The notes under the pieces: model-generated
The model's input: the letters and a program-made list of their open reading frames with translations, nothing else
The model's database searches: none
Told to the model about the DNA's origin: nothing
Made by a program: the position numbers and the translations under genes
In this document: positions 38,155 to 51,039 of the stretch, piece by piece
Position numbering within the stretch: the first letter of the stretch is position 1
Layout: every line of letters begins with the position of its first letter
Source: Eledone cirrhosa
Lineage: Eukaryota
Length of the DNA stretch: 64,000 nt
Assembly: GCA_964016885.1 (NCBI GenBank)
Contig: OZ024743.1
Location: 64,914,001-64,978,000, forward strand
Direction of reading: 5' to 3'

Positions 38155-38473
38155 CTAACCTATGCTAGCGTGGAAGATAGACGTTAAACGATGATGACGA
38201 TGATTATATATATATATACAGACACACACACGCACAAGTACATATTGCATATTGTGAATTGGCAGTATCAGTAGAGAGTCAGACGCCATGCTTTCCAGCA
38301 TAGTTACGTCTCTTTATGGTCTGAGTTCAAATCCCACCGAGGTTAACTTTGCCTTTCATCCTTACGGGGTCGATAAAATAAAGGACCAGTAATGTACTGG
38401 GTAATTGCTGGCCTTGTGCCAAAAGTAGAAACAATTATATTTAATACTACTAATTCTCTTTCTTCTTCCATAG

Positions 38474-38604
38474 GATTTACTGCGCTATACAAAGGTCTAG
38501 GTCCAACATTATTGCGAACATTTCCATCAACTGGAGGCCTATTCCTCACAGTTGAGCTGACCAAGAAATATATGGGTTTATCTGCTGATTATTTACACTT
38601 GTGA
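38474..38604 (+). CDS. SLC25A15: Mitochondrial ornithine carrier, coding exon 5 (terminal)
   Basis: Acceptor ccatAG|. Encodes FTALYKGLGPTLLRTFPSTGGLFLTVELTKKYM...stop TGA. Spliced CDS 76+388+173+162+131=930 nt (309 aa + stop). Confidence 0.92.
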
Positions 38605-39060
38605 TAATCAATCAATATATATATATAGATCAGCTTTCACCCCCAATTTAGTACACCCAATACAAAACTTACAAAACATATAACCATGTTTTGAACTGAA
38701 ATATGTCCCAAAAGACAACTCGATGTTCATTATTGAATCAGCAATGGCACCTCGACATGCTCACTAGAATTTCTAGAAATAGCAGCCAAATCTTCCATAA
38801 ATCACAGCCTACCGGTTAAAAGAAGGACACATTGGATATTGTAGCTGCAGACACACTGTGGTTGAAAAAAAAAGAAAAGAAGATGGTCATGGTTGGATGC
38901 TGTTGATTATAAATCTGCTTGATCAGGGTTAAATAATAACAATTTTCATGAAACATCTTTTCATTCTGTTATGGCTTTCTTTTACACGAGATTTACAATA
39001 CGATGATTATTTTTGTTTACAATGTATATGTAAAATTAAAATCGAATATGTGGACATTTT

Positions 39061-39066
39061 AATAAA
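39061..39066 (+). terminator. Candidate polyadenylation signal for SLC25A15
   Basis: AATAAA about 460 nt after the stop codon, followed by T-rich sequence. No transcript evidence. Confidence 0.35.
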
Positions 39067-41076
39067 AACTGTTTATAATACAAATTTACCAATAATTTCT
39101 TTTTATTTTCATTGCCAACTGTTGCCATGGTTGTATTTATTGGAGTATGAAATATAATGCAAATATCCTGTATAAACCTTTAATGGGTCATTGGGTCACC
39201 ACCAAAAGCTTCACCCTTATGTTGAGCCAACAAGAGAGCCTCTACGTGGTTAATGGATTTGCTAGAAATAGCATCCAACTTTTCCTCATATTACAACCTA
39301 TTGTCTCAAAAATGGTGGATATATTGGATAATGCAGTCCTAAATATTGTGATTATAAACCTGTTTGATAAGGTCTGACATAGGGTTAAACAACAACAGCA
39401 TTGTCATGTTAGACTAACCAGAGAGATTTTATGTGATCATCGATCTGCTAGACATAACAGCCAAATCTTCCTTGAAAAAAAAACAGCAAAAAATAAGAAC
39501 ATATTAGTTAATGTAGTCCTAGATGTGTGTGAAAAAGGATTGGATGATCACAGCTGGAATCATTATCATTTTATGTCAGATTTTCCATACTTGCATGGAT
39601 TGAATGGGTTTTTTCCAGCACTCCTCCACTCAGTGATCCAGGTCACCTTCTACTGCAGTTTTCTTCCACTGAGATTTCTTGGCACTTCTTCACCCAATGA
39701 TCATCACCAATATGCATCACATGTCCATACCAGCACAGTCTTCTCTCCTGTACATTACATTTGATTCCTCTTATACCCAGTTTTTCTCTCAGTTTATCCA
39801 TGCCTCATCATTCACTCACACTAACATTACACATCCATCAAAGCATGCTTGCTTCATTTCACATATCCTCTGCATTTACTGCCAATGTCTCACTACCACA
39901 CAGCATTGCACATTGCACACAGGCATCATACAGCCAACCTTTCATTTGTAGAGAGTAACCTTTTGTTGTTAACAAGGGTAGTAACTCCTTTACCTTTTCC
40001 CATTTTATTTTCATTCTACTTACTATCCTCTCAGAACAACCTTCTCCAGTAGACTTTCGTAATATGTCTGCTCAAATAGGGCTGACTTAGGACAGCAATA
40101 TCTTTATAAACAGCTGTCCATTACTGAACACCTAGCAAAGCAGTCAATTATATTTTAACCCCTAGTAGTCAGCTGGTACTTATTTTATCATACCCTCATG
40201 ATAAAACGTCATGTGGACTGGATGGGATTGAATCCAGAATACAATGGACTAGCTAATTAATAATTTCTGATTTAGGCACAAGGCCAATCATTTTGTGGGG
40301 AGAAGAAAGACAATTAAAACGACCCAGTGCATTACTGTTACTTTATTTTATTAACCTCCATTTGAATGAAAGGCAAAGCTAGTCTCAGTGGGATTTGAGC
40401 TCAGAAGGTAATGAGCTGTAACTATATACTGCAAAACATCCAATATTGGCAATAATAATAATGGCTTCTGATTTAGGCACAAGGCCAATCATTTTGAAGG
40501 AGAGGAAATAATTAAATCGACCCCAGTGTATTACTGGTTCTTTATTGACCTCCATAAGGATGAAAAACATTTAATTTATGTGGGATTTGAACTCAGAATG
40601 TAAAGAACTGTGGTGGATGATGCTCTACCAATAAATAATGCACAGTATTTGTCTAGTACTCTAACAATTCTGCTATGAAGTGTTATTTACTATACTTTCA
40701 GGTCAACCTATACTTTGTGAGTGAATTTGGAAGCCCGTGAGTCTGTATATGTAATTCAAAGGTCCAGCTTTGTAACCTACTTTGTCATGCTAATCTTCAA
40801 TAAGAATTATGTCATGGATAAACATAATTCTTATTGAAGACTAGCATGAGAGAACAACTGGAGTACTTATTGTCAAAACTGACAGATCCATTCCATTGAG
40901 CTAACAAAACCTCTGTGACTGCTTGACCTAAGAGAGCAGCAAAATGTTCCTTAAAATACACTGTAGAATTTTAAAAATGGAAGGACATAACCACATTACA
41001 AGTGGTCATTTTCTTCCATTTTTAAAATGCTAGTGTAGTTTAAGGAACATTTTGCTGCTGTCTTTGGTCAGTGCCA

Positions 41077-41800
41077 CGACAAAAAGCACCAGCCCATACT
41101 GTAAAATGGTCGTGTAGATGCTATGACAAAAGGCACCCAGCACTCACTGTAAAGTTGTTGTGTAGGTATCATGACAAAAAGCACCCACCCCACACTGTAA
41201 AGTGGTCTTGTAGGTGTCACAACAAAAAGCACCCAGCCCACACTGTAAAGTGGTCTTGTAGGTGTCACAACAAAAAGCACCCAGCCCACACTGTAAAGTG
41301 GTCTTGTAGGTGTCACAACAAAAAGCACCCAGCCCACACTGTAAAGTGGTCTTGTAGGCGTTACAACAAAAAGCACCCAGCCTACACTGTAAAGTGGTTG
41401 TGTAGGTGTCACGACAAAAAGCACCCAGCACACACTGTAAATGTAGTTGGCATTAGGAAAGGCATCCAGCTGTAGAGACTTAGCCAGAAACAGTTATGTG
41501 TGAACAAGACAGTCACCTGATCTGACTTGCCTCAAATGGGACAACCTGTCTAACCTGGAAAATAGACGTTAACCCTTTAATGTTCAAACCGGCCAGAATT
41601 CTCTACCTTTTTCTGTTGAAACTGGCTGTAACCGGTCACTCAAACTGATGTTAAGGTATTGTTCTCAAAATAAATATTTTCAAAATTTCATAGATTCGAT
41701 GTTATGTGAGATAATTATGCGAGGTAAAGCCTTTACCATGAAAATATAATAGTATATATATATAGAGTAATGTGAATGCTAAAGGGTTAAACGATGATGA
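41077..41800 (+). repeat. 48-bp minisatellite (8 units) plus RTE tail interrupted by a piggyBac MITE
   Basis: Same unit and tail as 57875-58880. Further arrays at ~59342-59670 (+), ~62567-63090 (-) and a 45-bp variant at ~14050-14430 (-). Confidence 0.88.
41573..41786. mobile_element. piggyBac-type MITE; partial copy at ~11635-11850
   Basis: TTAA|CCCTTTAATGTT...AATGCTAAAGGG|TTAA. Removing it restores the RTE tail GACGTTAAACGATGATGA. Confidence 0.85.
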
Positions 41801-44629
41801 CACACTGAATAATCTGTCTCAATAAAGGATGAGTTGATTGTTGCTAACATTTTTTAGACTTTTTTTATTGGAACAATTAATTTTATAACTAAAAGCTCTT
41901 TTACTAATTTGTTTTTTCTTACCTGTAACTTCTGGTGGAGTTGTAGGGCCACTATAGCGACCTATGGTATTTCTTGGGCATTTTAAACTTGGCTGAGCCC
42001 ATCCACCTTCAAGTTTCAACAAGAGATATAGAATCAACACCAGTACTGAACTTCTTTTTTTTGACCTTCAAAGGATGAAAACGAAGTTGACATTGGCAAG
42101 ATTTGAACTTAAAACCTAAAGAGTTGAAACAAATGATACAAAGAAATTTGTCCAACTTTGTTTTTAGACCCATAACACATGACAGAGTCATAGGGGCGCC
42201 GTATTAATATGTTTTATATATGTATATAAAACCTGATAGAGCCCAATCCTCTCCAGGTCTGAATATAGCATATTTCTTCCAGAGAAGGATAGAGAGAGTG
42301 AGACAATGGTAGTGAAAGTTATATAGAGGAAGAATCGACCCGAGTACTTGACTGGTACTTTTTTATCGATCTCGAATGGATGAAAGGCAAAGTTGCCCTC
42401 GGCAGGATTTGAACGCAGAGCCGGAACGAATACAATAACGCATTTCCCAACTACATACCTGTTAAATACAAGTTGAACATATTTTGAGAACTGAGCAAGA
42501 GGAGTTATGTACCTTGCTTAGTAGCAAATACATCTGGAAAGTGGTTGTTTGTTATACAGAAAACAAGTCGGTAGGAATGCCATACAGTATAATTAATATA
42601 AGCTGAAGGCAAATATAAGCAGATTGACAAAGAAGGAGTCCATATATAACAGATGTGCAGGAGCAGTTAGCAGTAAGAAAAGTCTTTCAAATACTCAGTC
42701 TTGGCTTTCATGGCTCTCATCTACAACCTCATTACACCACTGTCAACTTCTGTCTAGTTGGAACCTTTACCATGTCCACAGAAACTTCCAGTTGTTTTGT
42801 ATGATATATGTTTCTGTCCCTCCCACCCTCTTGACAAACGTGTCACCTACTACATCTTTGAGCCTACATCTAGCTGAGATTTTCAACTTCCATACTTATT
42901 TTTCTTCTTCTTCATAGTAAAAGCAACTAAATTAGTAGTTTCATAGTAAAGTGTGAATTGAAATGAAAATAAGTCTGTTGTGTATCCCATTTTTTTAGAA
43001 TAAGTGTACCATATCCCTGTTAGTTGTGAGAGGTAACTAGAAGTGTTGGCAACCAACCCATTCCAGCATGGAAAAGTCAACCTATGATGATGATGTAGAC
43101 TATATATCTACAGTCAACCGATGATGATGATGTACACTATATATCTACATGTCATCATCATCATTGTTTTAATGTCCACTTTCCTTGCTAGCAAGGTCCA
43201 TATAAACCAAGTCAGTACTGAAGCGGAACCCCTGATCTCCCAGGCAGGCCAGGGATCTGTGTCTTACATTCCATCGAGTACTCAGGAAAGGTTGAGGCAA
43301 CTAAAAGGGTATCCAGCAGTAAAACATTGCCTCAAAAAGTTCATCTGATGGACATAACTAAATGATGATGATGATGGTGCTTAGTAACCAATAAGGCATC
43401 TAAGTGCAAGCTAATATTTGTTCCAGCTTACTAAGTTCAAACACTGCTGATGCCTATTTGTGCTGTAGTGTTTATCTCTTGCCTGTTTTAATATCAGTCT
43501 GGCCCCCAGGTGTCCTCAGCAGTCTACCCTGTTGTAAGCTTCTTCTTTGCCCACTTATTCCTATGAGGATCATGGAGGCTGAGCCCTCAAGCATGCCTAC
43601 CAGCAGGTCTTGTCAGAAGCAACTCTTCAACTGATTTAGCTGGATCCCTAAATGAGACCAGCTGAGTTCATAGATGTTATCCAACAGTAAAATCTGTCCA
43701 GCAATTTCTGCTTGAGACATTCTGACCCCATGTCTATAGTATCAAAACTCTAATCTCTCAATTTGGAGAAGTAGCAGCTACATGCAGTGACTCCCTGATT
43801 TCCAAGCTATGCACTCTACCGAGCAACATTACTCAAAGACCCTTCGAAAGAACCCTATTTCAGTCGCTTGTATTTGCCTGTTGTAACCATTTGGACTAGT
43901 TTAGGGATACCTTTCTCCTTCCACATCACTCTCAGAGGCTCTGCGCTTCTCTCCTTCACTAAACAGCGAAAATGATGATAATAATAATCCTTATCAATAA
44001 GAAATCTGGCTGAAGCGCAGCTCAGCTCTTTTATTTATTTGCTATATTTAGATGAAGTGACAGTACCCATGGTCTTTTAAAACTGATGAGACTGATGTTG
44101 CATGCCTGGTCCTGTAACTCCTGGGGGATTCATAGGGGCACTGTATTGACATATGGTGTTTCTTGGACATTTTAAAACATGGGAGAGCCCATCTCCTCTC
44201 CAGGTCGGAATACAGCAAATTTCTTCCAGCAAAGGATAGAGAAATAGAGTAGAAGTGAGAAAGAGATATAGAGGAAGAATCAACCTCAGTAGTAGACTGG
44301 TATTTTTTTTGTCAACCTCATAAAATGAAAGACCTCGGAAGTTGACCTCAGCACGATTTGAACTTAGATATAGAGAATATGAGATCTAGTGCAAGTATCA
44401 ACCCCAGTATCAAACTGGTACTTCTTTTATCGACCTCAAATAGATGAAAGGCAAAGTTGACCTTGGTGGGATTTGAATTCAGAGAGCAGAGTGCTGAAAC
44501 AAATATCGCTAAGCATTCTATCCAATGTTCTAATGACTGTGAATTCACCATCTGAGACTGATGTTAACATACTTCTTAAACTTGTTTTAAGTCACTGACT
44601 ACAGGAAACTTAAGTAGGAAGAAAATTCC

Positions 44630-47538
44630 AGATAAGATGTGTAGGGTTTGTGGATTATACCACTAGATAAGATTCTTTAGGATTTGTGGATTATACCACT
44701 AGATGAGATGTTTAGGGTTTGTGGATTATACCACTAGATAAGATGTTTAGGATTTGTGGATTATACCACTAGATGAGATGTTTAGGGTTTGTGGATTATA
44801 CCACTAGATAAGATGTTTAGGATTTGTGGATTATACCACTAGATGAGATGTTTAGGGTTTGTGGATTATACCACTAGATAAGATGTTTAGGATTTGTGGA
44901 TTATACCACTAGATGAGATGTTTAGGGTTTGTGGATTATACCACTAGATAAGATGTTTAGGATTTGTGGATTATACCACTAGATAAGATGTTTAGGGTTT
45001 GTGGATTATACCACTAGATAAGATGTTTAGGATTTGTGGATTATACCACTAGATGAGATGTTTAGGGTTTGTGGATTATACCACTAGATAAGATGTTTAG
45101 GATTTGTGGATTATACCACTAGATGAGATGTTTAGGGTTTGTGGATTATACCACTAGATAAGATGTTTAGGGTTTGTGGATTATACCACTAGATAAGATG
45201 TTTAGGGTTTGTGGATTATACCACTAGATAAGAGTGATGTTTAGGGTTTGTGGATTATACCACTAGATAAGATGTTTAGGATTTGTGAATTACACCACTA
45301 GATAAGAGTGAGGTTTAGGGTTTGTGGATTATACCACTACATAAGATGTTTAGGGTTTGTGGATTATACCACTAGATAAGATGTTTAGGGTTTGTGAATT
45401 ACACCACTAGATAAGAGTGAGGTTTAGGGTTTGTGGATTATACCACTACATAAGATGTTTAGGGTTTGTGGATTATACCACTAGATAAGATGTTTAGGGT
45501 TTGTGAATTACACCACTAGATAAGAGTGAGGTTTAGGGTTTGTGGATTATACCACTACATAAGATGTTTAGGGTTTGTGGATTATACCACTAGATAAGAT
45601 GTTTAGGGTTTGTGAATTCCACCACTAGATAAGAGTGAGGTTTAGGGTTTGTGGATTATACCACTACATAAGATGTTTAGGGTTTGTGGATTATACCACT
45701 AGATAAGATGTTTAGGGTTTGTGAATTACACCACTAGATAAGAGTGAGGTTTAGGGTTTGTGGATTATACCACTACATAAGATGTTTAGGGTTTGTGGAT
45801 TATACCACTAGATAAGATGTTTAGGGTTTGTGGATTATATGACTAGATAAGATGTTTAGGGTTTGTGAATTATACCACTAGATAAGAGTGAGGTTTAGGG
45901 TTTGTGGATTATACCACTACATAAGATGTTTAGGGTTTGTGGATTATACCACTACATAAGATGTTTAGGGTTTGTGAATTACACCACTAGATAAGAGTGA
46001 GGTTTAGGGTTTGTGGATTATACCACTAGATAAAATGTTTAAGGTTTGCGGATTATACCACTAGATAAGATGCTTAGGGCTTGTGGATTATATGACTAGA
46101 TAAGATGTTTAGGGTTTGTGGATTATACCACTAGATAAGATGTTTAGGGTTTGTGGATTATACCACTAGATAAGATGTTTAGGGTTTGCGGATTATACCA
46201 CTAGATGAGATGTTTAGGGTTTGTGGATTATACCACTAGATAAGATGTTTAGGATTTGTGGATTATACCACTAGATGAGATGTTTAGGGTTTGTGGATTA
46301 TACCACTAGATAAGATGTTTAGGGTTTGTGGATTATACCACTAGATAAGATGTTTAGGGTTTGTGGATTATACCACTAGATAAGAGTGATGTTTAGGGTT
46401 TGTGGATTATACCACTAGATAAGATGTTTAGGGTTTGTGAATTACACCACTAGATAAGAGTGAGGTTTAGGGTTTGTGGATTATACCACTACATAAGATG
46501 TTTAGGGTTTGTGGATTATACCACTAGATAAGATGTTTAGGGTTTGTGAATTACACCACTAGATAAGAGTGAGGTTTAGGGTTTGTGGATTATACCACTA
46601 CATAAGATGTTTAGGGTTTGTGGATTATACCACTAGATAAGATGTTTAGGGTTTGTGGATTATATGACTAGATAAGATGTTTAGGGTTTGTGAATTATAC
46701 CACTAGATAAGAGTGAGGTTTAGGGTTTGTGGATTATACCACTACATAAGATGTTTAGGGTTTGTGGATTATACCACTACATAAGATGTTTAGGGTTTGT
46801 GAATTACACCACTAGATAAGAGTGAGGTTTAGGGTTTGTGGATTATACCACTAGATAAAATGTTTAAGGTTTGCGGATTATACCACTAGATAAGATGCTT
46901 AGGGTTTGTGGATTATATGACTAGATAAGATGTTTAGGGTTTGTGGATTATACCACTAGATAAGATGTTTAGAGTTTGTGGATTATACCACTAGATAAGA
47001 TGTTTAGGGTTTGCGGATTATACCACTAGATGAGATGTTTAGGGTTTGTGGATTATACCGTGAGATAAGATGTTTACGGTTTGCGGATTATACCACTAGA
47101 TAAGATGTTTAGGGTTTGTGGATTATACCACTAGATGAGATGTTTAGGGTTTGTGGATTATACCACTAGATGAGATGTTTAGGGTTTGTGGATTATACCA
47201 CTAGATGAGATGTTTAGGGTTTGTGGATTATACCACTAGATAAGATGTTTAGGGTTTGTGGATTATACCACTAGATGAGATGTTTAGGGTTTGTGGATTA
47301 TACCACTAGATAAGATGTTTAGGGTTTGCGGATTATACCACTAGATAAGATGTTTAGGGTTTGTGGATTATACCACTAGATGAGATGTTTAGGGTTTGTG
47401 GATTATACCACTAGATGAGATGTTTAGAGTTTGTGGATTATACCACTAGATAAGATGTTTAGGGTTTGTGGATTATACCACGAGATAAGATGTTTAGGGT
47501 TTGTGGATTATACCACTAGATATGAGTGAGGCTTAGGG
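44630..47538. repeat. 35-bp tandem array B (~80 copies) with 39-bp variants and higher-order repeats
   Basis: Unit GATAAGATGTTTAGGGTTTGTGGATTATACCACTA. 70-bp dimers, 109-bp trimers (45287/45396/45505) and a block repeated at 825-bp offset (46036/46861). Confidence 0.97.
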
Positions 47539-47629
47539 CAGGACTGGCATAGTAAGTGATTTTAGTTTGGAAGTCATGGCAACACATATTTTCAACATGC
47601 CACATAGAACCCCACAAAATATTCTATAT

Positions 47630-48230
47630 CTTGAGTACACAAGAGATGTAGTGGGATAACGGGTAAACTAACAGGAAGGGAAGATTTTGTATATAGAAGA
47701 TGCACAGAAGTAACTGAGGGGAAGAATATCAGTTACAGGAAGGACCCATAGAAGTGGTTGATAGCTTTGGTTATTTAGGCGACTTAATTAGCAATAGAGG
47801 AGGATACTTAGAGCATAATAGCTAGAATAAGGATATGATGGAAAAAGTTTAGAGAGCTACTCTCACTGTTGACCACAAAAGGTTTCTCCCTACATACAAA
47901 AGGACTGTATGATGCCTGTGCGCGAAGTGTGATGCTGCTTGGTAGTGAAACATGGGCTGTGACTGCAGAGGACGTGTAGATTGGCGAGAAATGAAGCAAT
48001 CACACTTCATTGGATGTGCAATGTAAATGTGAGAGAAAGGCAGAGCTTGGACGAGTTGAGGGAGAAGCTGGGTTTCAGAGGGATCTGAGGTGGTGTGCAG
48101 GAGAGAAGAAAACGTTGGTATAGACAATGATTGTGGGTGAAGAAGTGCCAGGAAATCCCAGTGGAAGGAAGCCGCAGTAGAGGTAGACAAAGGAAAACAT
48201 GGGCAGAGGTGGTGAGAGCTGACTAGGGTA
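47630..48230 (+). mobile_element. Decayed RTE LINE fragment; similar debris at ~39560-40050 (-) and ~60580-60780 (-)
   Basis: Nucleotide similarity to 34950-35580 (HKRCSGITGKLT; EVVDSF.YLGD; WKKFRELL..L..KGFSL; GSETWA) with many frameshifts. Confidence 0.7.
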
Positions 48231-51039
48231 CTATAAAAGCTGTTGGAACCCAACTCCTCTCCAGGTCTGAATACAGCAGACTTCTTCCAGAGAAGGATAG
48301 AGAGTGAGAGAATGAAAGTGAGAAGGGGATATAGAAGAATCAACCCCAGTACTTGACTGGTACTTTTTTTATCGACCTCAAAAGGATGAAATGCAAAGTT
48401 GACTTCAGCGATATTTGAACTCAGAGAGTAGAGATGAGTACCAAAAACATTCTATCCGATGTTCTAACAACTCTGCCAATTCACTGAACATATGCTTTCT
48501 TTTAAAAACAATCAGTATTGCGATTTCCCTTTTGCTATTGTTCCCCTAGAAATCTGAGTCAGTAAAATGGGTAGAACGCTTGATAGTATGTTTCACCTGC
48601 CTTTCATCCTTGCAAAGTCAATAAAAGAAATATTAGTCATGTACTAGGGATCAATTCTTCTTCTATATCTTTTTCTCTGGAAGATATCAGTTGTGTATAG
48701 ATCTGGAGACTTCCAGTGTTCTTGGCCTCCAGACTACATCCCTACTCACTGCTATCGGAGCCTGCATGTGGGAGCCCCGTGAGGTAGAGTGGCTATTCCA
48801 GTGCGTCTCCCTTGCTGTCCTCCGGGGTAATATCTTGTCCATCCTGTCGACTGTAACCAAGAGGCGAAGGGTAAATTAGTTGGAGGTGGAGTAAGAATTA
48901 CAAATTGTTAAATAATTAAGGAGCTAGACACTGCTGTGGGGTTGCGAGGTGTTGCTTGTCGAGCTGGCATGCTAGCCTGTCCATGGTTATGTGGCAATGG
49001 ATGGCATCCCATACGCTCTGGGGAGATTTGACGTCTACTGGAGGAAGAGGAGAAGGACGTCTACTGGGCAGAGTCCGAGCTGGTTCCAACTCTTGAAGGC
49101 AGACTTGCGTTCCTCGATCACAGTGGATTCTATTGTGTTGTGGAGAACCATGTTGATGAGGGCACAACAAGAGGTTAACGACGAAAGAAACGCTGGCAAA
49201 GTCAGCAAGACTGGAGACCGGAGGGCTGGGCCACTGACAGCAAAGTTCTTGTCACAGCTGGTGGCTCACCTTAGTGGGGTATGAGGGAATGTTTACGAGG
49301 GTGCTTGGTTATTCCAGCGTCTAAGGCTCGCTATCACCTGCAGCAATGCTGCTGGTGTGTAGGCTTGATTAAAAATATTATTAATGAGCAACTCCTGTAC
49401 CCTTTGTGGTACTGTGTGATTGAATCTGCTGTTCTTCCCTTTTTTTTCCTTTTTTATAACTATATATATATCCAGATGGTTTTAATCATTATATAAATTA
49501 CGTTATCAATGTGATATTAATAAAATATATTTAAATTAAAATAATGTGCCAGAAAATAATAGGTCTTAAATTCAAACGCTGCCTTAGTGTATATAATTCC
49601 ATCTAGGAGGTTTTGTATGAATATTATATCAGCCGTAGTACCTCATTATATCTGGCAATTTATTTCATTAAACCCGGAAGGATTAAAAGGCAATGTTGAC
49701 CTTGGAAAGATTTGAACTCTGAATTAAAAACCGCAAGCATTTTGTCGGATACTCTAACGACTCTGCAATCCACTGCCTAGATATAGAGATGGAGGGACGG
49801 ACACACACACATACACACACATATATATATATGCGAGGAGTCTAGGTTTTGGTGTCGACAAAAAGGTAATATCCAGAATTTATATACCCTATTCCCACAA
49901 ATGAGTGTAGGAATAGAGTACAAACAATGACCAGAAAATGAGACTGGTTGTAAAACAACGTAGTGAGAGAGAGAAAAAAAAACATGAAAGATTGAGGTTA
50001 ATCGTTCGAAAATCTCAAATTCTTGCCATAGATATCACAGAAAATTAGATATGTAAGATAATTAATGACAGCTTTAGAAAACCAAAGAACGATTTGGTAG
50101 AATTTAACGAGAATATTAAATGATATTGTTTTGAAACAATAACCGTAGTAAAACGAGCAGATACCATGTAGTTGGCGATAAGGCACACGAAGGAATGGTT
50201 AATGGTGTCGAATGGTGGTGGTGGGGTATGTTTGAATGAAATATATGCAATCAATTCTTCTCAATGCGACATTCTACATCCCAACACCCTTAATATATAC
50301 ACACACACAGCACATGATAGAAATACAAAAGTTACACGCAGAGACGAAGTCAGTTAATAAAAAAAAAAACAATGTTTATGTGTGTATATATATATATATA
50401 TATATCCGTAAGTGGTTGGTGACTGGGAGAACAGAGTTTTAATATTCATTTTATTAAGGAGTCTAAATGGTGAGTTTTGTTACTCTGGAGTTTCGCTTGT
50501 TTATCTGAGTTTTGTTACTCTAGAGTTTCGCTTGTTTATATGACCCTGTGATAAACGTGTACAGCCTCACAACAAACTCACTATTTAGCCGTAATAAAAT
50601 GTATATATATATATATATATAATTACTAAACTATAGAAAATGACAGATGAGAAAGGAAGGAAGGATACAGTTTAAAAAGTGTGATTCTGTAAGCTACTCT
50701 AATTATATCAAAATCGGGGTACTGTGGAAATACGAATCAAACTTTTAAAAACTTTTCCCATTTAAAATTGTACCAGAATAATATTGCTCTAACAAAACAA
50801 CAACATTAATATATCTTCAATAATAAATAAATAAATAAAACGTTTGAAGAATCTATTTCTTTTTTTCTTTCTTTTCTTACAATACAGCAAGCATGATATA
50901 AGCACATAAAAAATACATTTAAAATAGCAAATGTCAATAGCAACTGACTTTTTAGGATTCGTTCATTCACCATAAACATATTTTGGATACATAGGTGGAA
51001 CCCACACAACGTAGAGCTGCTCCTTAATTACATTTTGTG

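Noticed and set aside
21616-47538. Arrays A and B as CRISPR arrays
   Set aside because: No unique spacers, no cas genes, eukaryotic context.
44630-47538. True telomere
   Set aside because: TTAGGG occurs singly within a 35-bp unit, and ordinary sequence continues on both sides.
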